A DNA stretch of 64,000 nucleotides from Dehalococcoidia bacterium (GTDB lineage: Bacteria; Chloroflexota; Dehalococcoidia; UBA2979): contig OZ244720.1 in the NCBI GenBank assembly GCA_965219085.1, positions 1,760,001-1,824,000 of the forward strand, written 5' to 3'. The notes below the pieces were generated by a model. That model was given only the letters and a program-made list of their open reading frames with translations. It did no database searches and was not told where the DNA came from. Position numbers and translations under genes: made by a program. Below, one piece after another: positions 40,051 to 49,691 of the stretch. The stretch's first letter is position 1. The number at the start of each line of letters is the position of its first letter.

Positions 40051-41139
40051 GTGCAGCAGGATACCGCAACGACGTGGAGCATTGAGGGCAAGGAAGGGTC
40101 AGGGGTCACCATCGGCCTCGACGTGGGCGACCGCTACACCCACGTCCACGCCCTCGGCGCCGGCGGGGAGGTGGTACGTGAGAGGCGCGTCCGCACCACG
40201 ACGGCAGCGCTGGGCATGGTGCTGACCGGCCTCCCCCCATCGCGGGTCGTGATCGAGGCGGGGCCGCGCTCGCCGTGGCTGAGCCGCCTCATGGCGGACC
40301 TCGGCCACGAGGTGGTCGTCGCCAACCCGCGCCAGGTCGCGCTGATCGCCGGCAGCCAGCGCAAGACCGACCGGCTCGACGCCGAGTGGCTGGCGCGGCT
40401 GGGGCGCTTCGACCCCCAGTTGCTCGCCCCGATCCGCCACCGCAGCGAGGCGAGCCAGCACGACCTCGCCGTGGTGCGCGCCCGCGACGCGCTGGTGCGC
40501 TCGCGGACGCTGCTCATCAACCACGTGCGCGGGGCCGTCAAGGCCTGCGGAGCCGCGTTGCCGTCGTGCACGGCCGAGGCGTTCCACCGCAAGACGGCGG
40601 ACCACATCCCCGACGGGCTGCGCCCGGCGCTGCTGCCGCTGGTGGAGGCGATCGGCGAGCTGACCGCGCGCATCGCGGCGGCCGGCCGCGAGATCGAGGC
40701 GTTGTGCGAGGCTCACTCCGAGACCGCGGCGCTGCGCCAGGTCACGGGCGTCGGGCCGATCACCGCGCTCACGTTCGTGCTGACGATCGAGGATCCTGGG
40801 CGCTTCCCGAAGAACCGCGAGGTCGGCGCCTACCTCGGGCTCGTGCCGAGGCAGCGCGACTCGGGCGAGCGCACGCCGCAACTCGGCATCGGCAAGAGCG
40901 GCGATCCGCACCTGCGGCGGCTGCTGGTGCAGGCCGCGCACTACATCCTCGGCCCCTTCGGGCCCGACACCGACCTGCGCCGCTGGGGTGAGCGCTACAC
41001 CGCTACGGGGGCCGGTAACGCGAAGAAGCGCGCCGTCGTGGGCGTCGCGAGGCGGCTGGCGGTGCTGCTGCTCGCGCTGTGGAAGACCGGCGAGGTCTAC
41101 GAGCCGTTGCGCGACGCCGCGGCGCAGGAGGCCGCGTAG
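40051..41139 (+). CDS. IS110/IS1111 DEDD recombinase-transposase
   Basis: IGLDVG, VIEAG, KTDRLDA, GVGPITA, YLGLVP..DSG; RBS GGAG. Confidence 0.95.
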   Translation: MQQDTATTWSIEGKEGSGVTIGLDVGDRYTHVHALGAGGEVVRERRVRTTTAALGMVLTGLPPSRVVIEAGPRSPWLSRLMADLGHEVVVANPRQVALIAGSQRKTDRLDAEWLARLGRFDPQLLAPIRHRSEASQHDLAVVRARDALVRSRTLLINHVRGAVKACGAALPSCTAEAFHRKTADHIPDGLRPALLPLVEAIGELTARIAAAGREIEALCEAHSETAALRQVTGVGPITALTFVLTIEDPGRFPKNREVGAYLGLVPRQRDSGERTPQLGIGKSGDPHLRRLLVQAAHYILGPFGPDTDLRRWGERYTATGAGNAKKRAVVGVARRLAVLLLALWKTGEVYEPLRDAAAQEAA

Positions 41140-41222
41140 CAAGGCGCGGCGCCGAAGCAACCGACCAGGAGAGCGAGACTGAGACGGACCTGGGAGGAGG
41201 CCCAGCAAACCAACCACTGCAC

Positions 41223-41370
41223 GTGATGCCGGGCAACGGGCGACTGCGAGGCGGTAGCGGTCCAACAAGGACGTTCAAGAGTTGGCAGCGCCCCCTGGAA
41301 GCAGGATGTGCCTTCATGCACCGGGCCCGATACGTGGCCCATCAAAGAGTGCGGATAGAAGCTCGGCACA
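41223..41370 (+). ncRNA. Predicted seekRNA/bridge RNA of the IS1111-type element (bounds approximate)
   Basis: Target matches at 41250-41258 and 41272-41281; donor matches at 41339-41343 and 41355-41361; closing stem TGCCGGGC / GCTCGGCA. Confidence 0.75.
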
Positions 41371-41631
41371 GGCTCCGTCAGGGGACATCACGAGCGGATC
41401 GGCCCCGATGTCGAGGAGCGCCACGCCCCGAGGAGGAGGCCGCCACGTCGGCCTTGCAGAAAGACCGTCCCTCATAGAAGCTACCGCCCGCGCGACGAGC
41501 AGGAGCCACCCCTGGGCGGACGCAACCCGGATGTCGACTTCCGCGGGCGGCGGCGCAGCCGCGATACGCATAGTTCCGGCACGGACCCGGAGGCGCGGCT
41601 GTACACGAAGACACCCCAGGACGCTAAGGGG

Positions 41632-42855
41632 TCAAGCAGCGAGGTCCTCGTGGGTGTAACGGTGTCCCCAGGCGGTCGTCTCGTCGTAGGGCAAGCGGCG
41701 CTTCAGGCAGCCATGTAGGTAGCCGACGAGACGGTTGCCGAGGGCGCGGAGCGCCTGGTGGTGGAGGTCGCCCGCGGCGCGCCGCCGATCGTAGAACTCG
41801 CGGCAGCCGGGGCTGGCCTGCAGGGAGCACAGCGCCCACTGGTCGACTGCGTCGTAGAGGCGCCGGTTGCGGACGAAGCGGGCTTTCACGGTGTGCTTGC
41901 GGCCGGATGCTACCGTCAGCGGCGACGTGCCGGCGTAGTTCCTGCGGGACTTCGCCGACTCGTAGCGTTCGGGGTCATCCCCGAACTCGCCAAGCACCCG
42001 GGCGCCGAGGACCACGCCGAGACCGGGCAGGGAACGGTAGATACCGGCGTCCGGGTGCTGCTCAAAATGGCTCGCGAGCTCGGCCTCGAGCTCCTTGATC
42101 TGACGGTTGATCTCGCCGATCACCCTCATTGCCGCACTGGTGCTCGCGGCGAATGCCTTGCTCACCGCGGGCGGAGCCTCGAGCTGCGGTGAGCGCAGCG
42201 CGTCGCGGACCTCGGCGGCGCGCCGCTCGATGTTGCGCCGGCGGCCGCCGCGGCGCAGCGCGGAGCGGATCTGGGTGATGCTCAGCCGCGCCGCCTCGCG
42301 CGGGCCAGGCGCTGTCGCCAGCACGCCCACCGCGTCGTCGTGCGCGAGGTCGGGGAAGGCCTCCAGCGCACCCGGAAAGTACTCCCTGAGCGCGTTGCGC
42401 AGCCGGTTGGTCTGGCGGACGCGGTCCCAGATCAACTGCTGGTGGGCGCGGGCGAGGATGCGCACCGCGGCGGCTTCGTCGCTGTCGCCGGCGACCTCCC
42501 GGTGGTTGTGCCGGTCGGTGCGGACGAGGTCGGCGAGCAGCTTCGCGTCGCCGGCGTCGGACTTGGCGCCGCCGACGTGGTGGCGGTCGCGGTAACGCGA
42601 CGCCGAGCGCGGGTTGATGGCGTAGACGTGGTAGCCGGCCGCGAGCAGTGCCGCGACCCAGGGGCCGCGGTCCGTCTCGATGCCGACGATCACCTCACCC
42701 GGTCCTGAGGCGTACCCGGCGACCAGTCCGTGCAGGGCAGTGATGCCCTCCACCCCTTCGGGCAGACGCCGGGCGGCGAGCCGCTCGCCCGCGTCGTTCA
42801 TGAGATGGACGTCGTGGTGGTCTTCGGACCAGTCATCGCCCAGGTACAAGGCCAT
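41632..42855 (-). CDS. IS110 DEDD recombinase-transposase
   Basis: YLGDDWS, GIETD, KSDAGDA, LPGLG..GARVLGE, AGTSP..ASG. Confidence 0.95.
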   Translation of the reverse strand: MALYLGDDWSEDHHDVHLMNDAGERLAARRLPEGVEGITALHGLVAGYASGPGEVIVGIETDRGPWVAALLAAGYHVYAINPRSASRYRDRHHVGGAKSDAGDAKLLADLVRTDRHNHREVAGDSDEAAAVRILARAHQQLIWDRVRQTNRLRNALREYFPGALEAFPDLAHDDAVGVLATAPGPREAARLSITQIRSALRRGGRRRNIERRAAEVRDALRSPQLEAPPAVSKAFAASTSAAMRVIGEINRQIKELEAELASHFEQHPDAGIYRSLPGLGVVLGARVLGEFGDDPERYESAKSRRNYAGTSPLTVASGRKHTVKARFVRNRRLYDAVDQWALCSLQASPGCREFYDRRRAAGDLHHQALRALGNRLVGYLHGCLKRRLPYDETTAWGHRYTHEDLAA

Positions 42856-42899
42856 CGTGTTTCAGTTCCTCTCCCGCTTCGCGCTGCTCGGTGCGACCC

Positions 42900-43090
42900 G
42901 GCGGGTTGGTTCCTGCGACGGCCTAATGGATCAGTGCTCGATGGCACGACACCCCATGAGTGCTGCAGAACAACCCGGAATACCAGCAGGGGCTCGGTCT
43001 TCGTGAAGCGGTCCAGAAGCCGCAGGGATCAGCTGAGAGCTCACCGGCTGGGCAGGGTCCAGAACCAGTCTGCCAGAGAACCTCTGGCCG
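42900..43090 (-). ncRNA. Predicted bridge RNA of the second IS110 (bounds approximate)
   Basis: Left target guide 43032-43024, right target guide 43007-42999, left donor guide 42956-42948, right donor guide 42929-42923; each pair is separated by a short hairpin. Confidence 0.8.
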
Positions 43091-43541
43091 CTGGTCGGGC
43101 CCCATTAGGGGTCGGGGCAGACGGCGAAGCTCAGCTACATGGGCCATCTGCTCACCGAGAACCGTCACGGTCTGGTGCTGGACGTGGAGTTGACCGAGGC
43201 GAACGGGTACGCCGAGCGCGAGGCGGCGGTCACGATGCTGGAGCGCAGCGTGAGCGGCTGCGGGACGCTGGGCGCCGACCGCGGCTACGACACGCGCGGC
43301 TTCGTGGCGGCGCTGCGCGCTCGCGGCGTGACGCCGCACGTGGCGCAGCACGACCGCGGCCGCCGCAGCGCCGTGGATGGGCGCACCACGCGGCATCGCG
43401 GCTACAGGCAGAGTCAGAAGCGGCGCAAGATCGTGGAGCAGGTCTTCGGCTGGATGAAGACCGTGGGCGGCGGGCGCAAGCTGCGTTTCGTGGGCCGCGA
43501 GCGCAACCGCTGTTGGCTGGAGCTCACCGCCGCCGCCTACA

Positions 43542-45176
43542 CCCGAATCCACCGATCGAAGCTTGACGGGGCGGGATGCCGGGCTGCCGGAGAGTTCGGC
43601 GGGCGTGCCGGTGTTCGCGGGGCGGGCCGGAGCCAGGAGCGGTCGCTCAGCGCAGCTCGGGGGCGCTGAGGGCGCGGGCGCAAGGCGTGCGCGGGCATGC
43701 TGGCGCGAGCCTCGGAGGGGGGCCGGCGCTGTGAGCGGTCGTCAGGCCGGGAGCGGTAACGCCCGTAGTCGCGCGAGCGCGGCTGCCAGCTGCCCGGCCC
43801 AGGGCCAGCGCCTGGGGAGGTGCAGGGTCCAGCGCCGGGCCGAGTGGGTGAGCCGTCCGGCGAGGGCGAAATAGCGCCGCCTGAGCGTCCTGGTGGTGAC
43901 GATTCCCTCGCCGAGCCCGAGCCGCGCCGTCCAGCGGGCGAGGTGTGCGCGATCACCTGCACCGCGAGCCATGCCGCGTTCGCGGCGAAGCGGCCCGAGG
44001 GGAGATGGTTGAGCCCGACGCCGTACTTGAGGTCGCGGATCGCGTTCTCGATCTCGGCGTGACGGCGATGGTCGGTCTCGAGCTCCAGCAGCTCCCCCGC
44101 GCGGTCGCTGATGAAGGCGTGGTAGCTGTACGTCGCGAAGAGCGCGAGCTGTGAGCCGGGCGTCGGCTGGACGCGCCGCACGATGAGCCGCACCGGGGTG
44201 GCGTCCTTCGCGTGCCGGAACGGGGTGTAGGTCGTCTCGGCGACAGCGGCGCCGCCCGGCAGCCAGTACGGGATCGGCGTCCAGTCCGCTTCCGGGATCG
44301 CCTCGATCAGCGTGCGTACGTTCGGTTGCTGGCGAATCGTGACCGAGAAGCGGACATCCAGCGCGCGGCAGACGGCGACGACAGCGTGGTTGTAGAAGCC
44401 GCTGTCGGCGCGCACCGTGAGCTGCCCGCTCGCCCCGGCGTCGCGCACCCGCGCCACCGTCTCACGCAGGAAGTGGGCGGCGCCGCGGGCAGTGTTGGCG
44501 CGGCCCTCGCGCAGCCGCGCCATCAGCACGTCACCCGTCCCGGCCGCAACGGCGAGCAGCGGGTGGTAGCCGTGCACGCCCGTGTAGCCGTGGTGGCGGG
44601 CGCCCTCCTTGGCCAGGCCGTAGGTCTCACAGATCGTCGAGTCGAGGTCGATCGTGAACGGCGCCGCGCCGGGTCCCGCCCCGGCCGCCCATGCGCGGGC
44701 GAGCAATGCGCGGCTGAGGCGGTCGAGCTGGCGGACGTGGCCCCAGCGGAAGCTGCGCAGGAAGGTCCCGAGGGTGGACGGCGCCTTGACCGTGCAACCC
44801 AGCACGCTCGCCGTCCCGCCGGCGCGCAACGCATCGGCGTCGTCGATGCAGTCACCGCCCGCGAGCGCCGAGGCGATGAGGGTCAGCAGCTTGTCGCCGG
44901 CGTTCGCCCGGCCCGGCGCGTCACCGAGGTCGACGCAGCTGTCGGCGAGCTCTTGCAGACCGAGATGCTGGGCGAGCGTGGCCGGGAGCAGCAGGCCCGC
45001 GTGGTCCACGAGGCGGTCGTCATCGAAGGCGATGTCTATCCGGTCGGGGTCGCTCGTTGGTAGCATCGAATGGGTGCTCCCTGTGGCTGTGACGTGATTC
45101 GGCAAAACCCATTGTCCCAGCTACAGCGGAGCACCCAACCGCAGCCGCTCGCACGCCCTTCTTCGGTGGATCAAGG
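43542..45176 (-). mobile_element. IS1380-family element (1635 bp) with 5-bp TSD CTACA
   Basis: IRs CCCGAATCCACCGA / TCGGTGGATCAAGG; CTACA at 43537-43541 and 45177-45181. Confidence 0.9.
43742..45066 (-). pseudogene. IS1380 transposase with a 1-bp frameshift near 43944
   Basis: IDLDST, GYHPL, VRADSGF, AEIENAIRDLKYG; the expected IAHNLARW continues as LARWTARLG..RLRALPLPA in another frame. Confidence 0.85.
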
Positions 45177-45508
45177 CTACAACCTCGTGCGCATGGCCAC
45201 GCTCGAGACCGCCGCGGCGTAGGCGCAGTGCGCCCTCCGCCCCGCCAGGGAGCCCTCAGAGGCCCCCGGGGGCCGGTCAGGAGGCCACGATCACGAACCC
45301 GGAGGCGGCTTGAAGCCGCCTCTCGCCACTCCGAGACCCCGGAAGGCGCTTCTTCAGCACCCTGCTAGCTCCGCCTGGCACGCCCCGTGCCGCCGTCATG
45401 TGGGGGCTCGTCGTCCCCGTCGCCGAGGTCAGGCAACCTCGATCGACGGCGATGCCTCGCGGCACGAAGGTGCGGGGGATCCGTCGCTCGGCGGCGACCG
45501 GTGGCGCC

Positions 45509-45684
45509 TCAGCCCCGAGCTTTGCGGGAGCGCGCGCCGTACATGATGCTCCCGTAGTAGCTGAATGACCGCCGTGCCTCGGCGTCCGCGAACGGATAGT
45601 CCGCGCCGAGCTGCCTCGCGGCGGCGAGCCCACTCACGAGGCAGGTTTCCTGACTGCTGATCAGCGTATGCGCGCCGCAGTGGG
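45509..45684 (-). pseudogene. C-terminal remnant resembling an FAD-dependent oxidoreductase
   Basis: HCGAHTLISSQETCLVSGLAAARQLGADYPF..YYGSIMYG resembles the end of amine-oxidase-like flavoproteins; no N-terminal part is present. Confidence 0.45.
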
Positions 45685-45795
45685 AGGTCGGCGATGAGGC
45701 GATTGCCGCGAGCGCTCGCGCGAGGCGCTCCCAGCCGCGAAGATGAAGCGACCACCGCGTACAGCCATCGCCACCGGAAGACCTCGCACCCACGC

Positions 45796-47748
45796 ATGAT
45801 CACGATCAACGACGTCACGATGCGCTTCGGCGGACAGCTCCTCTACGAGGGCGTCAACTGGCAGCTCCGGCCCGGCGGCCACTACGGCCTCGTCGGGGCG
45901 AACGGCTCCGGCAAGTCCACGCTGATTCGGCTCATGACCGGCGAACTCACACCGGACGCGGGCGCCATCGTCCAGCCGGCCGCGCTCCGCCTCGGCACGC
46001 TCGGCCAGGACCAGTTCCGGTTCAACGAGATGCGGCTGATCGACGTCGTGCTCATGGGCCGCCCCCAACTCTGGACCGCCATCGAGGAGCGGACGCGGCT
46101 GCTTGGCGCGTCCACGGAGACCCGGCCCGCGGAGACACTGACCGCCGAGGCCGGTGAGCGCCTCGCCGACCTCGAGCTGACGATCGCCGAGTTGCACGGG
46201 TACGAGGCGGAACCGCAGGCGGCCGCGCTGCTCGTCGGCCTCGGCATTGAACACGCGCGCCACGAGCGGCCGATGCGCGAGCTGTCGGGCGGCTTCCGGC
46301 TGCGCGTGCTGCTGGCGCAGGTGCTCTTCGGACAGCCCGACGTGCTGCTGCTCGACGAGCCGACGAACCACCTCGACATCGCCTCGATCCAGTGGCTCGA
46401 GGGCTACCTGCGCGAGTTCGCGGGCGCCTTCGTGGTCGTCTCGCACGACCGCCACTTCCTCAACGCCGTGTGCGACACGATCGCAGACCTCGACTACTCC
46501 GAGCTGCGGCTCTACACCGGCGACTACGACGCGTTCGAGCGCGCCAAGCACCTCACCGTCACCCAGAAGGACGCCGAGATCGCGCGCGCCGAGGGACGCA
46601 TCGAGGAGATGCAGCAGTTCATCGACCGCTTCCGCGCGAAGGCCACCAAGGCTCGCCAGGCATCCGCCCGCAAGAAGCAGGTCGAGAAGATCGAGATGCC
46701 CGAGGTCCGCCGCAGCTCGCGGCGCGCGCCCGGCTTCGCGTTCGGCCAGCGGCGCCCCTCGGGCCGCACGCCGCTGCGCGTCGCGGGCCTGGCGAAGAGC
46801 TACAACGGGCAGGCCGTGCTCGACGATGTCTCGTTCGAGTTGGAGCGCGGCGACCGGCTCGCGGTCGTCGGGCCCAACGGCGTCGGCAAGTCGACGCTGC
46901 TCAGGGTGGTCAGCGGCATCATCGAGGCCGACGGCGGTACGTCTGAGTTCGGCTACGAGACGCACCTCGGCTACTTCGCGCAGGATGTCGGCGACGAGTT
47001 GCACGGCGAGCAGCCCGTCCTCGACTGGCTGGGCGGCGCCAGCGGCGAGGCCGACCTCGGCAAGCTGCGCGCGGCCCTCGGCCGCGTGCTCTTCAGCGGC
47101 GACGACGTGCACAAGCGGATCGGGAGCCTCAGCGGCGGGGAAGCCGCGCGGCTACTGCTGGCCGCGCTGATGCTGCGCCGGCCGAACCTGCTCGTCCTCG
47201 ACGAGCCCACCAACCACCTCGACCTCGAGGGCCGCGAGGCGCTGATGCACGCGCTCCGCGACTACCCGGGCACGCTCGTCTTCGTCAGCCACGACCGTCA
47301 CTTCGTCTCCAACGTCGGGACCCGTGTGCTGGTGCTGCGCCCCGATGGCTTCGAGGACGTGGCGGGCGCCTACGAGGAGTACCTCGAACGCCGCGGCGGC
47401 GACTTCCTGTCGACCAGCATCGCCGCGCCGCGGACCCGGCGGAGCGGGAACGGCGCAGGCAAACAGCACGGCAGGCACGCTCGGGCCGCGAGCAAGGAGC
47501 AGCGCCGGCGCCAGGCGCGGCTCGCTCGCCGCGTCGAGGAGCTGGAGCGCGAGATCGCCGAGGTCGAGGCGCAACTGGCCCCGATCGCCGCGCGCTTCGC
47601 CAACAACGACTACTACTCGCGCGTCTCGCTCGACGAGATCCGCGCCGACGAGGGCCGCCAGATCGAGTTGCAGACCCGCCTCGACGCCGCGATGCAGGCG
47701 TGGGAGGCCGCGGCACACCAACTCGAAGCCACCGAGGCGCCGGTCTAA
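45796..47748 (+). CDS. ABC-F family ATPase
   Basis: Two ABC cassettes (GANGSGKST, LSGG, DEPTNHLD twice), linker FIDRFRAKATKARQA, C-terminal coiled coil, no TM segments. Confidence 0.92.
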   Translation: MITINDVTMRFGGQLLYEGVNWQLRPGGHYGLVGANGSGKSTLIRLMTGELTPDAGAIVQPAALRLGTLGQDQFRFNEMRLIDVVLMGRPQLWTAIEERTRLLGASTETRPAETLTAEAGERLADLELTIAELHGYEAEPQAAALLVGLGIEHARHERPMRELSGGFRLRVLLAQVLFGQPDVLLLDEPTNHLDIASIQWLEGYLREFAGAFVVVSHDRHFLNAVCDTIADLDYSELRLYTGDYDAFERAKHLTVTQKDAEIARAEGRIEEMQQFIDRFRAKATKARQASARKKQVEKIEMPEVRRSSRRAPGFAFGQRRPSGRTPLRVAGLAKSYNGQAVLDDVSFELERGDRLAVVGPNGVGKSTLLRVVSGIIEADGGTSEFGYETHLGYFAQDVGDELHGEQPVLDWLGGASGEADLGKLRAALGRVLFSGDDVHKRIGSLSGGEAARLLLAALMLRRPNLLVLDEPTNHLDLEGREALMHALRDYPGTLVFVSHDRHFVSNVGTRVLVLRPDGFEDVAGAYEEYLERRGGDFLSTSIAAPRTRRSGNGAGKQHGRHARAASKEQRRRQARLARRVEELEREIAEVEAQLAPIAARFANNDYYSRVSLDEIRADEGRQIELQTRLDAAMQAWEAAAHQLEATEAPV

Positions 47749-47780
47749 CGTCCGGGGCGCCAGCAGCTCGCCCACGCCGG

Positions 47781-48305
47781 TTAGTCCCCTGGCCAGCGCT
47801 CCCCGTCAACCTCGAGGTACTTGATGCGGGCGACACCGTCCCGCGATACCGCGATGTGGACGTCCGGCGGCACCGGCAGCACGCCCGTGCCCTGGGGCAC
47901 GAAGTACTCGCCCAGATCGGGATACTCGACGCGGAGCGGCTCCTCGTGGACGACGCGCGCACGGATCGCGACTCGCCCGCGGTCCCACTCGTCCCGCGCT
48001 GGGTTCCGGGCGCCGAGGGCTGTCGGCTCCCAGTAGCGGCCCCGCTGCTCGAAGGTCACGTAGACCTCCTCGCCAACTCGCGGTCGGGCGCCGGGCAGGC
48101 CGTCCACTTCCTCGGCGCGGTAGCGGAGGATCACGTAGTCGCCGCGGAGCGGATCACGCGGGTCGACCGGGAGTGACTCGAGCACGATCTCGACGCCTGT
48201 CTGACGCCGTTCTTCGATGAAGATGACGCCGAGCACCAGCGCGACCTGCAGCCCGACAATCAGCGCGAAGATCGCGAGCCGGCGCCGGCCGATCAGCGCG
48301 CGCAT
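47781..48305 (-). CDS. GDYXXLXY domain protein
   Basis: PVDPRDPLRGDYVILRY and YFVPQGTG. Confidence 0.85.
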   Translation of the reverse strand: MRALIGRRRLAIFALIVGLQVALVLGVIFIEERRQTGVEIVLESLPVDPRDPLRGDYVILRYRAEEVDGLPGARPRVGEEVYVTFEQRGRYWEPTALGARNPARDEWDRGRVAIRARVVHEEPLRVEYPDLGEYFVPQGTGVLPVPPDVHIAVSRDGVARIKYLEVDGERWPGD

Positions 48306-48306
48306 C

Positions 48307-49539
48307 TCAGCCACCCACCTGGGCGTCACCGGCCGGCGCACTTATGCGCCGGCTGAGCCGGCGTCGGCTCAGCTCGATCAGGAAGGCGAGCACGAGGAAG
48401 AGCAGACCGGCGCCCGCGAACACCGCTCCGGTCTGGGCGTAGTCGCTGAAGAGATCGAAGTACCTCGACAGGATGAACAGGCCGAGGAAGACCAGCGCGG
48501 CGTTGACCCACGACTCCCGCTGCAACGCGAGTCCAAGCCAGACGATCGAGCCGGCCAGCAGGCATGCCCCCAGCCAGTAGCCGATCGTCGTGAGGATGAA
48601 CTCCCCCTCCGCGTAGCCCCGGGGATAGAGCGCCGCCACGAGCGTCCAGATCAGCAGCAGCAGCAGCGTCAGCTGACCCAGCAACAGGGCCGGACGCAGC
48701 CGATCACCGACCGGCGGCCAGCCGAGACGCGCTTCGGCCCGCATGCCGGTCGCCAGCAGCGCCGGAACCACGAGGACCATCGGCGCAAGCAGGAGCAGGG
48801 CGGCGGGGACGAGGGACACCGCGCTCTCGATGTCGAAGTGGCGGTAGAAGCCGAGCAGGTAGACGGCGCCGGCGATCAAGATCCCGCCGACCAGTTCGGC
48901 GGGGGGCGAGAGTGGCGCGAATGCGCTGCGCCTCTGGAGCGCGGAGACGGCGACCAGCCACGCACCGGCCCCGAGCAGCAGCAGCAAGATCGTCTCGCTC
49001 GCGGCTTCGAGCGGGGAGCCGGCTCGCTGGCTCTCCGCGATCAGCCACGCCGCAAACAGCACGGCCGCGACGAAGGCGTGGCTGCGCGAGACGAAGAGGT
49101 AGGCGAACGCGATCGCCGAGCCGAGCACCGGCAACAGCAGCGGCGCGGGATTGAACGCGATGTGGTACTGCTGGCTGATCAGCGCGAGGTTGCCGAGGAG
49201 CACGCCGGTGCCGAGGAGCAGCAGCGCCTCGCCGGTGCGCACCAGCCCGAGCGGTCCGTTGCGTACCCAGTATCCGCCGGCGTTGCAGGCGATCAGCAGC
49301 GCGATCCCCGTGGCCAGCTTCGGCAGTGTCCCGATCTGGTCCCAGTTCTGCGAGATCACGAGCACGAGCCCGAGGACGACGAGTGCAGCCCCGAGCACCG
49401 CCAGGATGGTGACGAGGCGAGGCCCGCGGTCGGATGCCGCGGCTTCGAAGTCGAGGATCTGTTGACGCTGATCGGCCGAGACGATCCCGGCGTCTACCCA
49501 TCCCGCCGTCCGGCGCTCGAGTCCCCCGCGCAACGGCAT
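48307..49539 (-). CDS. DUF2157 multi-TM membrane protein
   Basis: WVDAGIVSADQ, ISQNWDQI, ALISQQYHI; usual neighbour of GDYXXLXY genes. Confidence 0.8.
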   Translation of the reverse strand: MPLRGGLERRTAGWVDAGIVSADQRQQILDFEAAASDRGPRLVTILAVLGAALVVLGLVLVISQNWDQIGTLPKLATGIALLIACNAGGYWVRNGPLGLVRTGEALLLLGTGVLLGNLALISQQYHIAFNPAPLLLPVLGSAIAFAYLFVSRSHAFVAAVLFAAWLIAESQRAGSPLEAASETILLLLLGAGAWLVAVSALQRRSAFAPLSPPAELVGGILIAGAVYLLGFYRHFDIESAVSLVPAALLLLAPMVLVVPALLATGMRAEARLGWPPVGDRLRPALLLGQLTLLLLLIWTLVAALYPRGYAEGEFILTTIGYWLGACLLAGSIVWLGLALQRESWVNAALVFLGLFILSRYFDLFSDYAQTGAVFAGAGLLFLVLAFLIELSRRRLSRRISAPAGDAQVGG

Positions 49540-49691
49540 GTCGCGTCTCCTCGCGCCCGGACAGCGGCGCACCGTGCGCTGATACCAGGCTCAGCATGCA
49601 CCGTACGCGGTCGTCGCGCCGCTGGGCGAGGCCGCGCCGGCGCCGCGGCACACATCAGTGGGGCGAGGGGGAGTGTGGATCGCTGCACGCT

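Larger units (their letters stand above)
39939..41478 (+). mobile_element. IS110-family element of IS1111 type (1540 bp)
   Basis: Sub-terminal IRs ATGAGGGCCGGTCT (39946-39959) / AGACCGTCCCTCAT (41462-41475), 7 and 3 bp from the ends; AG core at both junctions; long 3' non-coding end. Confidence 0.9.
41611..43108 (-). mobile_element. IS110-family element, classical type, CT core (1498 bp)
   Basis: AG (CT on the minus strand) at 41609-41610 and 43107-43108; no TIR; about 250-bp 5' non-coding end; excision restores the IS5 frame. Confidence 0.9.
39468..45222 (+). pseudogene. IS5-family DDE transposase in four pieces: 39468-39938, 41479-41610, 43109-43541, 45182-45222
   Basis: Junctions rejoin in frame as WASLK|SYRPRD, LYTK|GSGQTAKLSYMGH and LTAAAY|NLVRMA; motifs GRPSIPPE, TVDGT, GADRGYD, RKIVEQVFGWMK. 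Confidence 0.9.
39393..45365 (+). mobile_element. IS5-family element (about 1295 bp when reconstructed) carrying three nested IS
   Basis: TIRs GCAGGGTGCTGAAAAAG (39393) and CTTCTTCAGCACCCTGC (ending 45365); flanked by TA at 39391-39392 and 45366-45367. Confidence 0.9.
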
